A DNA stretch of 64,000 bases from Massalongia carnosa. Lineage: Eukaryota. The stretch lies in the NCBI GenBank assembly GCA_965645245.1, contig OZ287067.1, forward strand, positions 558,001 through 622,000, written 5' to 3'. Every line of letters starts with the position of its first letter. Position 1 is the stretch's first letter. Shown here in pieces: positions 49,399 to 61,529 of this stretch. The notes below the pieces were generated by a model, which was given only the letters and a program-made list of their open reading frames with translations, was not told where the DNA came from and searched no databases. The translations under genes were made by a program, and so were the position numbers.

Positions 49399-52300
49399 AT
49401 GGCTCAGCAAAACACGATACAGTCAGCTACCGCTGGTGCTGCGAATCAGGCAGGCACCCTGCATGCTTTTCTCAAGGGCACCGTGACCGATCTCGTCAGC
49501 CAGGGCATGCGAATTCCCCAAGACCTTGGGATTCTTCTCTCCCTGGGCGAGACAGAGCTTGCCAATGGCTTGATCAACGACAAAAACTATCTGGTCAGTA
49601 AGACTGATGAAGAGGCGCAGAGGGACCGATTGAGTACTAATAAATCCCGTGTGCGTAGATCGAACGAATCATCCAGCTCGCTGCTTCGTTTCCTAATGGT
49701 TCCAAGGCTGCCAGCGATCTCAGCGGACTCTTTATCAAAACTCTGTGGGAGAATCTGCTTCATCCTCCAATCTCGTATCTGGGCGACGAGTTCAAATACC
49801 GTGCTGCGGATGGGTCCAACAATGTGGGTCTTTCCATCATAATCGAGTCGAATGGCTTGGACAGTGGCTTTCTTGAAATTACTTTCATAGAAATATCCTG
49901 GACATGATTCTTCCTAGCGTCCGTTCTTTGTGATGCAGGGACTTAGTCGTTCCGTCTTGATTAAATCCATTCCCGCCGGAAGACGGCTAACATCGATTAA
50001 GAATATCCTATTTCCAAAATTAGGTGCCGCGGGCTCATCATATGCACGCAGTGTCACGCCGAAAACTCCCGTGCCTAACATACTCCCTGATCCTTCTACT
50101 ATTTTCGACGGTTTGACTTCCCTAAGTATATCCGGGGAAGTATTGATGTGGAATGCTAATTTCCATCAGCCTTACTTGCTCGAAGAGGTCCTGCAAAAGA
50201 ACATCCTAACAGGATATCAAGCACGCTTTTCTACTTCGCAACCCTCATCATTCATGGTAGGCCTACCTTTCGCCCTGTTGATAAAGATCCATCGTCTAAA
50301 CGTCTAGATCTGTTCCGTACCAACGATGTCGACCAAACCAAAATCGATAACTCGTCGTATCTTGACTTGGGTCCTTTGTATGGCCACAGCCAAGAACAGC
50401 AAAACGGTGTTCGCTTGTTTAAAAATGGCAAACTCAAACCCGATACATTCGCCGAGCCTCGATTGCTTGGTCAAGCTCCTGGTAAAGTGCTCTTCCGATC
50501 ATGTCCCCTGATATGCTAACGCCACCAGGTGTTTGCGCCCTTGTCATTGCTTTCAATCGCTTTCACAATTACATTGTAGGTGAATTGGCTGTAATCAACG
50601 AGGGTGGGAGGTTTAGCCTTCCGATTGGATTGAATTCCACAGACGAAGGGTTCGAGGCTGCCGAGCTCAAACGAGACAACGATCTTTTCCAGACTGGCAG
50701 ACTGTGAGTTGTCGCGAGTTTTCAGCTTGGCAGTGAAAGGAGCTAAATCATTGTGGGCAGGATAACCTGCGGTCTTTGGGTCAATCTAATTCTCAACGAC
50801 TATGTAAGAACCATCCTGAATCTGAATCGTAGTAGTTCCACATGGACGCTGGACCCTCGCGTAAACTTCAGCAACATCTTTGATCCAACAGGCATTCCCC
50901 AGGGAATTGGCAATCAAGTCAGTGTGGAGTTCAACCTCATCTACCGATGGCACACCTCTGTAAGCAATCATGGAGAAGCCTGGGCCAAAGGCTTTTACGC
51001 AAAGATATTTCCTGACCAAGATCCAAGTATGTCAAATCCATATTTATTCTTGCCACAATACTTTCTTGACTTTTCCATGCATCAGGCTAGAATGATTGCT
51101 CTTGATATCTGCATAGCCACTGCTAACTCTTAATGTCATAGGCACTTTACCTCTCGTTGAGTTCTTGGCAGGTTTAAAGGCTTGGGGGCGAGGCATCAAT
51201 CCAGATCCTGCACAAAGAACCTTTGGTGACTTGAAGCGAAAAGCGGATGGGAGCTTTGAGGATGCTGAGCTGGTGGCTTTGATTCAACAGAGCACGGAGG
51301 ATGTAGCAGGTAAGCTAGAAGTAAGCGTGAAAAGTGAAAGAGCAGAGTCTAAGTGGTTGCTAGGTGCATTTGGAGCCCGCAATGTTCCCGCTATTCTGAA
51401 AGCGGTCGAAATTCTCGGGATACAGCAGGCCCGTAAGTGGAAAGTGGCTACCCTCAACGAAGTTCGTACATTCTTCAAGCTCAAGCCGCACGCTACCTTC
51501 TGTAAGCTACCTTCCTTGAGGCAGAACTCGCGACAAAAGCGCTAATTAATAATGTTTAGTGGAGATAAACTCGGATCCCGAGGTTGCGGAAGCGCTTGAA
51601 AGCCTTTACGGTCATCCCGACAACGTCGAGCTCTACCCCGGACTTAGTGCGGAGCAGGCAAAAGATGTCTACACCCCCGGCTCTGGACTTTGCCCTGGCT
51701 TTACTGTTTCTAAAGCCATTTTATCGGACGCTGTAGCCCTTGTCCGAGGAGATCGGTTTTACACTATCGATTATAGTCCAGCGACCCTTACGAATTGGGG
51801 ATACAAAATCGTCGCCAATGACTTTGGAATTGCTGGTGGAGGCGTGTTCTACAAATTGTTGATGAACGCGTTCCCTGGATTTTATCGTAGCAATTCAGTC
51901 TACGCAATGTTCCCATTCACAGTTCCGGAGGAAAATCGAAAGATTCTCTCCACACTAGGGACGGAAAAAGACTACGACTTCAGCAAGCCAAGGTTCATTC
52001 CACCGCCCACTCCCGTGCTGACTTGGGACGGAGTCGTGAATGTGCTCGGAGATCAGGACAAGTTCAAGGTGCCTTGTAAGCTCCAGCATTCCGGTGATTA
52101 TCTTCAACGTTTGGTACGCTAAAATAGAAATCAGGGGGGCCACATACATTTTATCTGACTGGGCATGACTATATGCTTAGTGGAGACTCGCCTGCTAACG
52201 CCCTACAGAAGGAATCTGTGAAAGATGCGGTTTATGGTCCTCAGCATGGCCTCGAGGAAATCCGCGAATATTACGAGAATATTACGACAAGACTTATTCT

Positions 52301-53568
52301 GAAGAACAGCCATAAGCTCGGGGATTTTTACCAACTCGACGTAGTCAAGGAGTAAGTACTTCAAAGCCTGCAGAGCGATAAGTTATATGGCTGAGCAGTT
52401 TTGCAGCGTTGCCAATATCTCTCATGCCAACTTCATCGCTCATTTGTTCCGCATACCACTTCAAAGCTCAGGAGGAGGTGCCCACAGCTATACGGAATCT
52501 ACTCTGTACAGCGCCCTTGCAGACCTATTCGCATACGTCTTTCTCGACTTCGACACCACAACCTCCTTTGCGCTTCGAGCAAGCGCTTTGAAAGAGACCA
52601 AGGCGTTAGGAAAGGTTGTGCAAGGCGTTGTCGAGGAAATCAGGGCCAAATCCTTCCCTATATTGAGAGAAATCCTCGAAACAGGGTCCACGGACCAAGT
52701 GCTCTATGACTATGGAACGTATTTGATCAAAAGGTTGTCCGCGGGTGGTAAGAGCGTTGATGAGGTGGTTTGGACTATAATTCCCACTGCAGCTGCAGCA
52801 GTAGCTACCCAAGCCCAAGGCGTAAGTGGTATCTTGTACAAAATTTTCGATTGCCACTAACTCATTTAATTAGCTTGCGCAACTCTTGGATCTCTACTTA
52901 TCGGACGAATACAAGTCACACTGGCCTGCTATTCAGGAACTCGCAAAATCAGATTCGCCGGAAGCCTTTGAGAAGCTTAAGAAATACGCTCTTGAAGGGT
53001 ACGTATCCTCATAACATTAATGGTTGGATGGATTTCGTATGTCCACTTATGATTCGTTGCTTACAAGTTTTATTAGCTTTCGCCTCGCAACTCCTGCCTT
53101 TGGGCTTGTACGTGTAGTCTCCGCTGAGAAAGCCACGGTCCACGACGGCTCCCGGGAAATACCCGTTAAGAAAGGCGATCAAATATTTGTGGACTTCGTC
53201 ACTGCCGGCACCGATCCTAAAAAATTCCCCAATCCCAAAGAAATTGACCTGACCCGTCCTGACGACTCGTATATCCATCATGGTTGGGGCGCACACGCCT
53301 GTCTCGGTCGTCCTATCGCGACTGTTGCGGCTGCAACCCAACTGAAGGTGTTTGCCAAATTGAGAAACTTGCGCAGGGCTCCAGGAGCCGAGGGTGAGAT
53401 GCAATTCAAACTCGTGAATGGGGCTTTCAAGGTTTTTTTGAATGAGAACGGGACGGAGTGGTCAAGGTTTCCGACCAGTAAGTGGCCCACGTTGACGATT
53501 TTGGCTAGAACTAGACAAACTAACATTTCCTAGACAAAAAGGTACACTTTGATGGGTTTGCCTCTTAG
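49399..53568 (+). CDS. Fatty-acid dioxygenase-cytochrome P450 fusion (Ppo / linoleate diol synthase family), many introns
   Basis: YRAADGSNN, IIHDLFRT (distal His), SSYLDLGPLYG, FNRFHNY, DYVRTILN, EFNLIYRWH (Tyr 50942, His 50951), AILSDAVALVRGDRF. P450 part has EGFR (ExxR) and HHGWGAHACLG (Cys 53300); ends KVHFDGFAS-TAG. Confidence 0.95.
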
Positions 53569-53994
53569 ACGAGAGTCTTTGTTCCGTCTGGGTGCCCGAT
53601 AACTTTCTTCAACGCAAACAAGGGTTGAATGGCGAAGACGGGAGTCTTGGTATGGAGGCGTGGCTTATTAGCATTATCGCTCGCTCTTGACATCCTATTT
53701 AGATATCATATTCTCTGCTTCGCTCTCTCTATCACCACTTTCAAGAATCTCGATATGCCTTTGTCCCACGCGCTTAGATTGATCTCCATTGTTCCCGATC
53801 AGAAGATAAGACTACCGAAATAAGTACCAGTTTCCGTTTGTGAGCCGAAATATTAACTTTCTGCATCATCTTAAGTCCCTCGTAACACTATTCATCCATC
53901 CATTCAGATCTCTTCCTGCCTCTCCTAACATCCCCATCTCTATCCTACCATCTCTTCCTCTTTCCCTCTCTCCTTCTATTTCTTCTTTCTTGTC

Positions 53995-54124
<130 letters not shown>

Positions 54125-55050
54125 GTCCCCCTCAACGTATTCAAGAACGCACATTCCCTGCACCACCTCATTTATTCTTTTCTTTTGAGGATATGGAGGA
54201 GGGAAGAAGAATAATCCTGCTCTCAGCTTTTCCTTTTTTTCTTTCTTCCCTCTTTCTTTCTCCTGTTGGTTCTGTTCGAGGATGAGTATTACGGAATGCT
54301 CAGAGCATATTTCTACGCATCTGTCCCATATCTCCACGTTAGCTAACTAGCTAGCTAACCGGCCCCGTCACACCTGCGCCACGCCACCTGGCTTCATAAT
54401 TCATATTCCTATTCGTAAGAGAACGACTGTCGCGAAATATAGGATATATGTTATGTTTTTATCTATCTAGGTATGTATTGATCAAAATAACAAAATTAAA
54501 AATCTCCGGTTTTGGAAAAAAAAAATTAGGTTAAGAGATATATACAACCACCCCCCCACCCCCCAAAACCCATCATACCTACTAAAGACTTTGCCCGAAG
54601 ACTCGGGACGTCCCGAGAGAAGGGGGAAGGAAGCAAGCAAGCTTGGAGCTTTGTTCCTGGATCTCTCCTTTTTTTGGGCGGCTCATATTTTATGTATTAT
54701 ATTATATTATATATTAGACGTTGGATCAAACCGGATTTAGATCGGATCGGATCGGAGTAGAGCAGAGCAAGCCAGAAAAGAAAGAAAGAGATACCAAAGT
54801 AGTCGCTAACAGCGAGCGAGCCGGAAAATTCCTCGGAACGCTTTGATTTGGTTCACACGGACTCTCTTAGGGGAAAAGGGGGGGTGGGGTGATTACTTTT
54901 TTAAAATAATTCTAATCGCAAACTCGAAGAGAAAGGAGATAAAGGTAGCCGAACCGATATGAAGCCGGATCGGATCGGATTACCATCCTCCCCTTCCTCT
55001 CCAATCGTATCAAGGACTAGAAGTACAAAGGTATGGTGCAGATTGCACAC

Positions 55051-57139
55051 CTATCGCGCAAATCGGTATTTCCCCCGCCGCTGCTCCTCCATCAGACTCT
55101 CCTGCTGACTCGGTAGCGGCGCCCGTCTGCGCCCTCCCGCGCTCTCGGCTGCAAGACCCGGAAGGCCCGGCGCGCTGACCCCGGGCGCGCTGACACCGGG
55201 CGGAGGGGGATAGCCCTGCGGTAGCTGGAAGCCCGGTGGGAACATGCCCGGCGGCATTTTGGAGAAGTCGAAGTTGGCGGGTAACGGGGGCGGAGGAGGT
55301 AGGCCTTGGCTGGACCCGATGATTGGAGGGGGAGGAGGAGGTGGTGGTGGTGGCGGGATCTTCCCGTCGGCGAACATGGCCGCGAATTGGCTTGGGTCCA
55401 TGGTGCCAATCCCGGTGGGAAATACGGGCGGCGGGGGGAGGTTGCCCATTCCCAGAGGCAGCTTCGGAGCTCCTACGCCGGCCGCTCCGTTGCTTGGGCT
55501 AAGACCCGGCATCATTAGACCAGGGATTCCGGGTAAGACTGGCTGTTTAGCAGGCATTTTCTGATCCACCAGCCCTTCGGCTTCGTCTTCCATCTCCTGC
55601 TCTTCATCCTCCCGCATCATTCGTCGCCCCGAACGCCGATCCCAGGTCCCTTGCGCCTCAGCCGCCGCTTCCCCAAGGTGATACCGATCCTTGAAACACT
55701 CCGTCTCTCCTGGCCTCGCACGTGTCCAGAAGCGAGTGACCCGGTCATTCGATCCCGAGGCCATGATGTGACCCAAAGGATGCCAGGCTAATGACCACAC
55801 TGCGAAATCATGCGCGTATTGAAGACGGTGCGCAGGGTATATTGTTTGTGCTGGGGTGTTGAAAGGATCAGGGCTGTCATACGGCGGTATTGACGTCACG
55901 CCGCCGGCCGGAGTGTTTGGCTCGTTCAGTAGATAGTGGAAGATACTTCCGTCAGCACCGCCCGTTGACAAGAGGGATATGTGCACGGGATGCCAGGTTA
56001 GAGTAGAGATCTCCTTTTCGTGCCCTCGAAGTAGACATATATCTCGCATCATGCGGAGGTCAAATACCCTAGCAGTCTGATCCCGTGCACATGTGGCGAG
56101 GAGCTGGCCTCGGGTTGGTTCGAATGACGTTTTGGTAACGGTGTTCTTGTGGCCATGGAGAGTGGTCAGGCATCGACACGTTCGTGGGTCCCACAGTTTG
56201 ACCTGATGATCCTTAGACCCTGATACTAGGAGTCCTTTGGTCGGATGCCAATCCACTGATTTGGCGTCCCAGTTGTGGCCCACAAGGGTGGATTCTTCCA
56301 GCCCTCCGGAGAAATCGAAGATCTTCAACGTTGCATCATCGCACGCAGTCACAAACTTGGTATCATTCGGGGCAAACGCAAGGTCTCGAACCGGGCTATC
56401 ATCATGAGCTTGGATTGCATTGACACAGTTGAAATTAGGTTGCCAGTATTTGACGACTCCGGCGTGGTCAGCCGATATCAGCCACTCCTCGCCATGAGAG
56501 TATCTTGCTGCTCGAATCGCCGAATCATGTGCCTATGCCCACTCGCGTGAACAACCGCGAACCAAGCAAAGTGGGCGGACACTTACCTGCATGATCGTCT
56601 CGAAATTAAATCCCATTCCATTCCACAAGGTGAACTCTCCACTGCTTGACCCCGTCAGCAGCCGACGGCCGTCTGGGGTCCATCGTATAACGTTGACAGG
56701 ATGCTTGAGCTTGTTTAACGATGAGTGCAGATGTTTGGTGGGCACCGCATCAGCTGCAATTTGTGGTCTGGCCGCAGGGGGAAGCATCTATAGCACATCA
56801 GAGACATGAATTGACAACTCGGCAGCTAGCCACACAGCATATTTTAGCTACGTACATCGACTACATAACTCGAACTTGGCCTTTCCATTTCCATCTTAAC
56901 CCCCCCTTTGTAGCGAGGTTGACGATGTCGCATCCATTGCACCATGGACGAACCATAATCGGTGACGGGCCCTGTAGAAGTAAACATTGAATTTGAAGTC
57001 CGGTGTTCGCTCAGATCCATTCGTGACGATATGTTGCGTGATGAAAGGGTGATATAAAGTACATACTTCGCCCTGATGCTCGACGGAAATGACCTCCATC
57101 ATAGTTGCCCGCAAATCCGGCCTGAAAGTCTCGCTCCAT
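55051..57139 (-). CDS. PFS2: Polyadenylation factor subunit 2 (WDR33-like WD40), multi-exon
   Basis: MERDFQAG...[84 protein letters not shown], Pro-rich tail, [13 protein letters not shown]. Confidence 0.96.
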
Positions 57140-57372
57140 ATTTGAGACTGTGAAAAGGCCCTCTCGATCAAGATCGGATCATCAAACCCTCCATAAGCAG
57201 AGGTAGAGGATGGTTAAAATTCTCCAATCGCTTCAACTCTGCGCAATGGCCGACATCTACTCATTTATTCATTCGACTACGTATTCATTCGACCACTCTA
57301 TATTCATGAATGAATGTCGATCCGGCGGTTCGCGCTAATAAGCGAGGCGGTAACTACTTTACAGAGCGCAGA

Positions 57373-58726
57373 CACGCGGTCGTCAAAAAAAACGCAACGT
57401 GCAAGCGAGAATACCCCAACAAAACACCAAATTCACCCCTAATTCTCCTTTTTTTCACCTACATCTCCTTTTTTTCACCTACATCATTGCATTATCTATC
57501 TGAAATTTGCAATTAATTACCAGTCATCGCACCCTCCGCATCTATTACCTCCTGAAGCCTTCTAGGCATATCAAGCACCCGTTCATTGATAAATTCCTGA
57601 CTGACACTGGCCCATCCCTCACGAATCAACGCTTCTAATGAGGCATCATCCCAATGAGGGTACTTCCGTACGTGCTGTTTTATGGGAAGCCAGCATTTCT
57701 CAATAGGAGATAAGTCAGGCGATGAAGCGCAGTTGAAATAGTGTTCCAATTGATGCTTCTGTTTCCACGTTTTGACCGCGTTTCTCGTCTTACCCGTGCC
57801 ATTACCTGAATCACCGTCTTCTTCTAAAACGAAGTCATCGCCACGATTCAACCAGGACTTCACAACGGGCTCTAGTATAGAATCTATATAAACTTGATGC
57901 GTCATCTTGCCATTGCTGTTGCCCGGTACGTCATAAAAGTAGATGTCTGACTTGAAATTGAAGCCCACCGCCGCCCATGCATGCTTGCGTTTTCTATCTT
58001 TTTCAGGTGGTGCATCGCGATGTTGAATGCAGTCTCATCTATATCGTGTTCCGGGCTGTCTAATGATTCGTAATTGACCCTCAGGACCATATCCGAAGTG
58101 GACTTCGTCACTGAATCGTACGCGATGCCAGTCTTCAGGCTTTGAATATCTATTATACATCAGGGAAGCGTATTCCACCCGTCTGTTCATGGACGAGTCT
58201 GACAGCCATCCTTTGACACAGGCCAGACATTTCTCATAATTCAAAGCAGCTTTGAGCGTGCGTTGCATTGTATGTCCAGAAATTTCGGCTCCCATCTCTG
58301 TGGCCAACTGACTCCATGTATAACGTTTTCCTTCCAGTTGTAGTCCGTCATTCTGCAAATTTGATCTGATTCTCGTACTTGCTCGCTAGTTAGCTTGCAT
58401 TTGCGGCCTCGTGTCTCGTTCAAATCGTCGATATTGTGACGTCTTCGTGCAGATGCTTCGGGTTGAATAATTGCATAGCCTTGACGCTCTGAAACGCCAA
58501 ATTCTCTGAAAATATCACGTGGATCGAACGGAATTGCCTTCACCTGTAAATAGTGATAAACGCTCTGAATTTTAGCTCTAGTAGGTGTATCGTAATGAAT
58601 TGTGCCACGAGTAGGAGGCATGATGATTGATGAATAGATGAAAAAATGAGGAATAGGGATGAATTTTGATGTGTTTTGATGGGGTATTCTCGCTTGCACG
58701 TTGCGTTTTTTTTCGACGACCGCGTG
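57373..58726 (-). mobile_element. Tc1/mariner-like DNA transposon with long (~90 bp) imperfect TIRs, inactivated
   Basis: CACGCGGTCGTC(A)nCGCAACGTGCAAGCGAGAATACCCCA... at 57373 is mirrored by its reverse complement ending at 58726; 20-bp tandem duplication at 57444-57483. Confidence 0.93.
57513..58621 (-). pseudogene. Tc1-like transposase with a frameshift and a stop
   Basis: MPPTRGTIHYDTPTRAKI..., ETRGRKCKLT, frameshift near 58360, WHRVRFSDEVHF, stop 58035-58037, HAWAAVG, LEEDGDSG...SPDLSPIE. Confidence 0.9.
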
Positions 58727-58830
58727 CTTGTAAGAATAACTCTTCGCTCCGTACTCTGTACTCTTATAGAGTAAGTTATGTAATACCTACTAGTATCACA
58801 TGACTGTTGACTGCGACAACTGGGATGATT

Positions 58831-58873
58831 CACGTGATACAATTTCAATGCCCAACGCCTCTCATCACGTGAT
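58831..58873. promoter_or_regulatory. Two CACGTG E-boxes upstream of the DGAT1-like gene
   Basis: CACGTG at 58831 and ATCACGTGAT at 58864. Related GTCACGTG sites occur upstream of SNX41 (12012) and of the 39152 gene (38815). Confidence 0.45.
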
Positions 58874-59184
58874 ATTTCCTTGTTGAACTTAGTTATTGAA
58901 CAGTGATCACCAGCTTCCGTCACTGGAACTAATTTTCACAAAGTGTGGTTTCTCTTCTTTCCTTGTACATTTTTCGTTTACGCATTTTATAGAAATAACT
59001 TGGAGCGTGTATATTTCTACTCACTCTGACATCTTCTCTTTCAACCAGATTAAAGAGTCTCCGCGAAGTTGGCAACTTTCGCTTCGTGTTTGCTTGGGAC
59101 GCACTTTCCAATGACGGCATCACGCCAAGAAACAATATCACCAGTTCTTTGGTGAGCAGCCGCCGGAGTAGTTCTCAAGAAAAC

Positions 59185-60923
59185 ATGGATGGCGTCTCGA
59201 TTATGAAGTCTTCAATAGAAAACCCCTTATCTGTTTCGACATCGACACCAAACAAGGTATCACCAACCAAATATCGCCATGTTGCTGCTGTTCACTCCAG
59301 ACCAAGGACGTCTTGCCTCAGCCATGATTCAGAAAGTGCCCCAAGTTTCTTAGGGTTTCGAAACCTTATGGTTATCGTGTTAAGTGAGCCGCCACTCTTC
59401 TCCCTGAATTAGGTTTATGGTCCACCTGCATGGCACGAGAACTGATATGCCAAGTTGTGATGAATCTAAGACTAGTTATAGAAAACTATATGAAGGTAAG
59501 AGTCACGGCAGTCAGCTTGAAGCCCTGGTTTCGTTTGACGGATGTTGCAGTACGGGGTCTTAATTTGCATCCGCTGTCATGATTATCGCCGTCAAGACTT
59601 GATTCTCGGCGCAATACTCTACGCTCTAGCCCCATGCCATCTCTTTGTGGCATACATAATTGAAATGGCCGCAGCACAACACGCCAAAGGGGTCATAGGT
59701 CGCTCAAAACGCCAAGATGCCGCTTCTCATGACAACCAAGTGGCTCAATCTACAGAAGCGTTCCAGAAGACCTGGCGAAACATTGCCTGGGCGCATGGGA
59801 TGAATGCGTCTCTTTGTCTCCTGGTTACAAGCGTGACAGTTTACAGATATATACACCATCCTCTGATAGGCACCATCTGTGAATTTCACGCCATAATCGT
59901 CTGGCTCAAGAACTGTTCCTACGCCTTCACCAACCGTGATCTTCGTCACGCGCTCCTAAACCCAAGCTCATCCTCGACCTCGCTCCCAGAAATTTACTCA
60001 CAATGCCCGTACCCCCGAAATGTCACGCTCAGGAACCTCTCCTACTTCTGGTGGGCCCCGACTCTCGTCTACCAGCCGGTGTACCCCCGTTCCATCCACA
60101 TCCGCTGGCTCTTCGTGTGCAAGCGCCTCGCCGAGGGGGCCGGGCTGAGCATGTTCATCTGGCTCGCCTCGGCGCAATACGCAGCGCCCGTGCTCCGCAA
60201 CTCGCTCCCCAAAATCGCCACACTGGACTTTGCCTCCATCGTCGAGCGCCTCATGAAACTCAGCACCATCTCCCTGATCATTTGGCTCGCCGGCTTCTTC
60301 GCCCTCTTCCAGTCAATGCTTAACGCGCTGGCGGAAGTCATGCGATTCGGTGACCGCGAGTTCTACACCGAGTGGTGGAATAGCCCCAGCGTGGGCGCTT
60401 ACTGGCGCACGTGGAACAAGCCCGTCTACCACTTCATGCGACGGCATATTTACTCACCGCTCGTCGGGCGCGGCTGGAGCTCTCACGCAGCGAGCGCGAT
60501 GGTATTTCTGTTTTCCGGATTCTTGCATGAATTGGCCGTCGGGGTGCCAACGCATAATATCTTAGGTAAGCCCCCTTCATTTCCCATATCTCCTTGTCCC
60601 TGCAGCCAAAAACACGCCATCACAATCACCCATCCCAATAGCCATCGAACTGACCGAACCCTCCTCTCCCCTTGTCCACCCTCCTTACAGGCGTCGCGTT
60701 CATCGGCATGCTTGTGCAAATCCCCATGATCTACGTCACCCTGCCACTGGAGAAGATGCAGGGGATCAACGGGAAGGTGGTGGGCAACTGCATCTTCTGG
60801 GTGAGTTTCTGCCTGGTGGGCCAGCCGTTGGCGGCGCTGCTGTATTTTTTCGCCTGGCAGGCCAAGTTCGGGAGTGTGAGTCGCTTGGCGTCGGAGGAGG
60901 TGGCGGGGTTGTTGGGGACGTGA
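59185..60923 (+). CDS. MBOAT acyltransferase, DGAT1/ARE-like
   Basis: KYRHVAAVHS...SCLSHDS...SFLGFRNL, NLRLVIEN, SYAFTNRDLR, APTLVYQPVYP, FGDREFYTEWWN, FLHEL (catalytic His), GNCIFW. Start codon uncertain. Confidence 0.93.
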
Positions 60924-61529
60924 GGGGATTGAAGTGGGTAGGTAGGTAGGTAGGTGTACATGTTAAAGGTGCGTATTAGATCGTAAAAGAGGTTGGGGGG
61001 TTTTGCGGTAAAGTGGATTTTTCTAGACAGGGGTGTGTTGGCGTGGCCGCTTCGCATATCCCGCTCTCCAGCCGAAGGCTTTGGGGATGAAGTAGACGTA
61101 ACTAGCTCTTCTCTTTGCTGCGTTTTCTTCCTCTTCTTCTCTTCATACATTCTGGTTTCAAACGCCGCGCCTAGGCGTTCCCCGTACGATGTCTCAACGC
61201 CAGCCGGCCAACCGCGCCTTTTGGGGTTAAACCCGTCAATCTCCAAGCCTTGTACGTGGGTGGAAATTCGGAATCGAAATCGCAATACGCGGTTGATTGC
61301 CGTCTAGCTTTGTCACATTCATAACCCAGGACTCCCATCTCCAGGTATCTGACATATATACATACGTAAATTGAGCGCTTGGGGGGGGACACCCCCCAGA
61401 TGACCCGCTTCAACGTCTTGCGCTGTACCTTAACCCTTAACACAACCTCCTTCAAACCCGTTCCCTCCACCGCTTTTCCCTTCGCCAATCCCGCTTCACC
61501 CATCCCCCCAAAAATCCCTCTCGCCGCGA

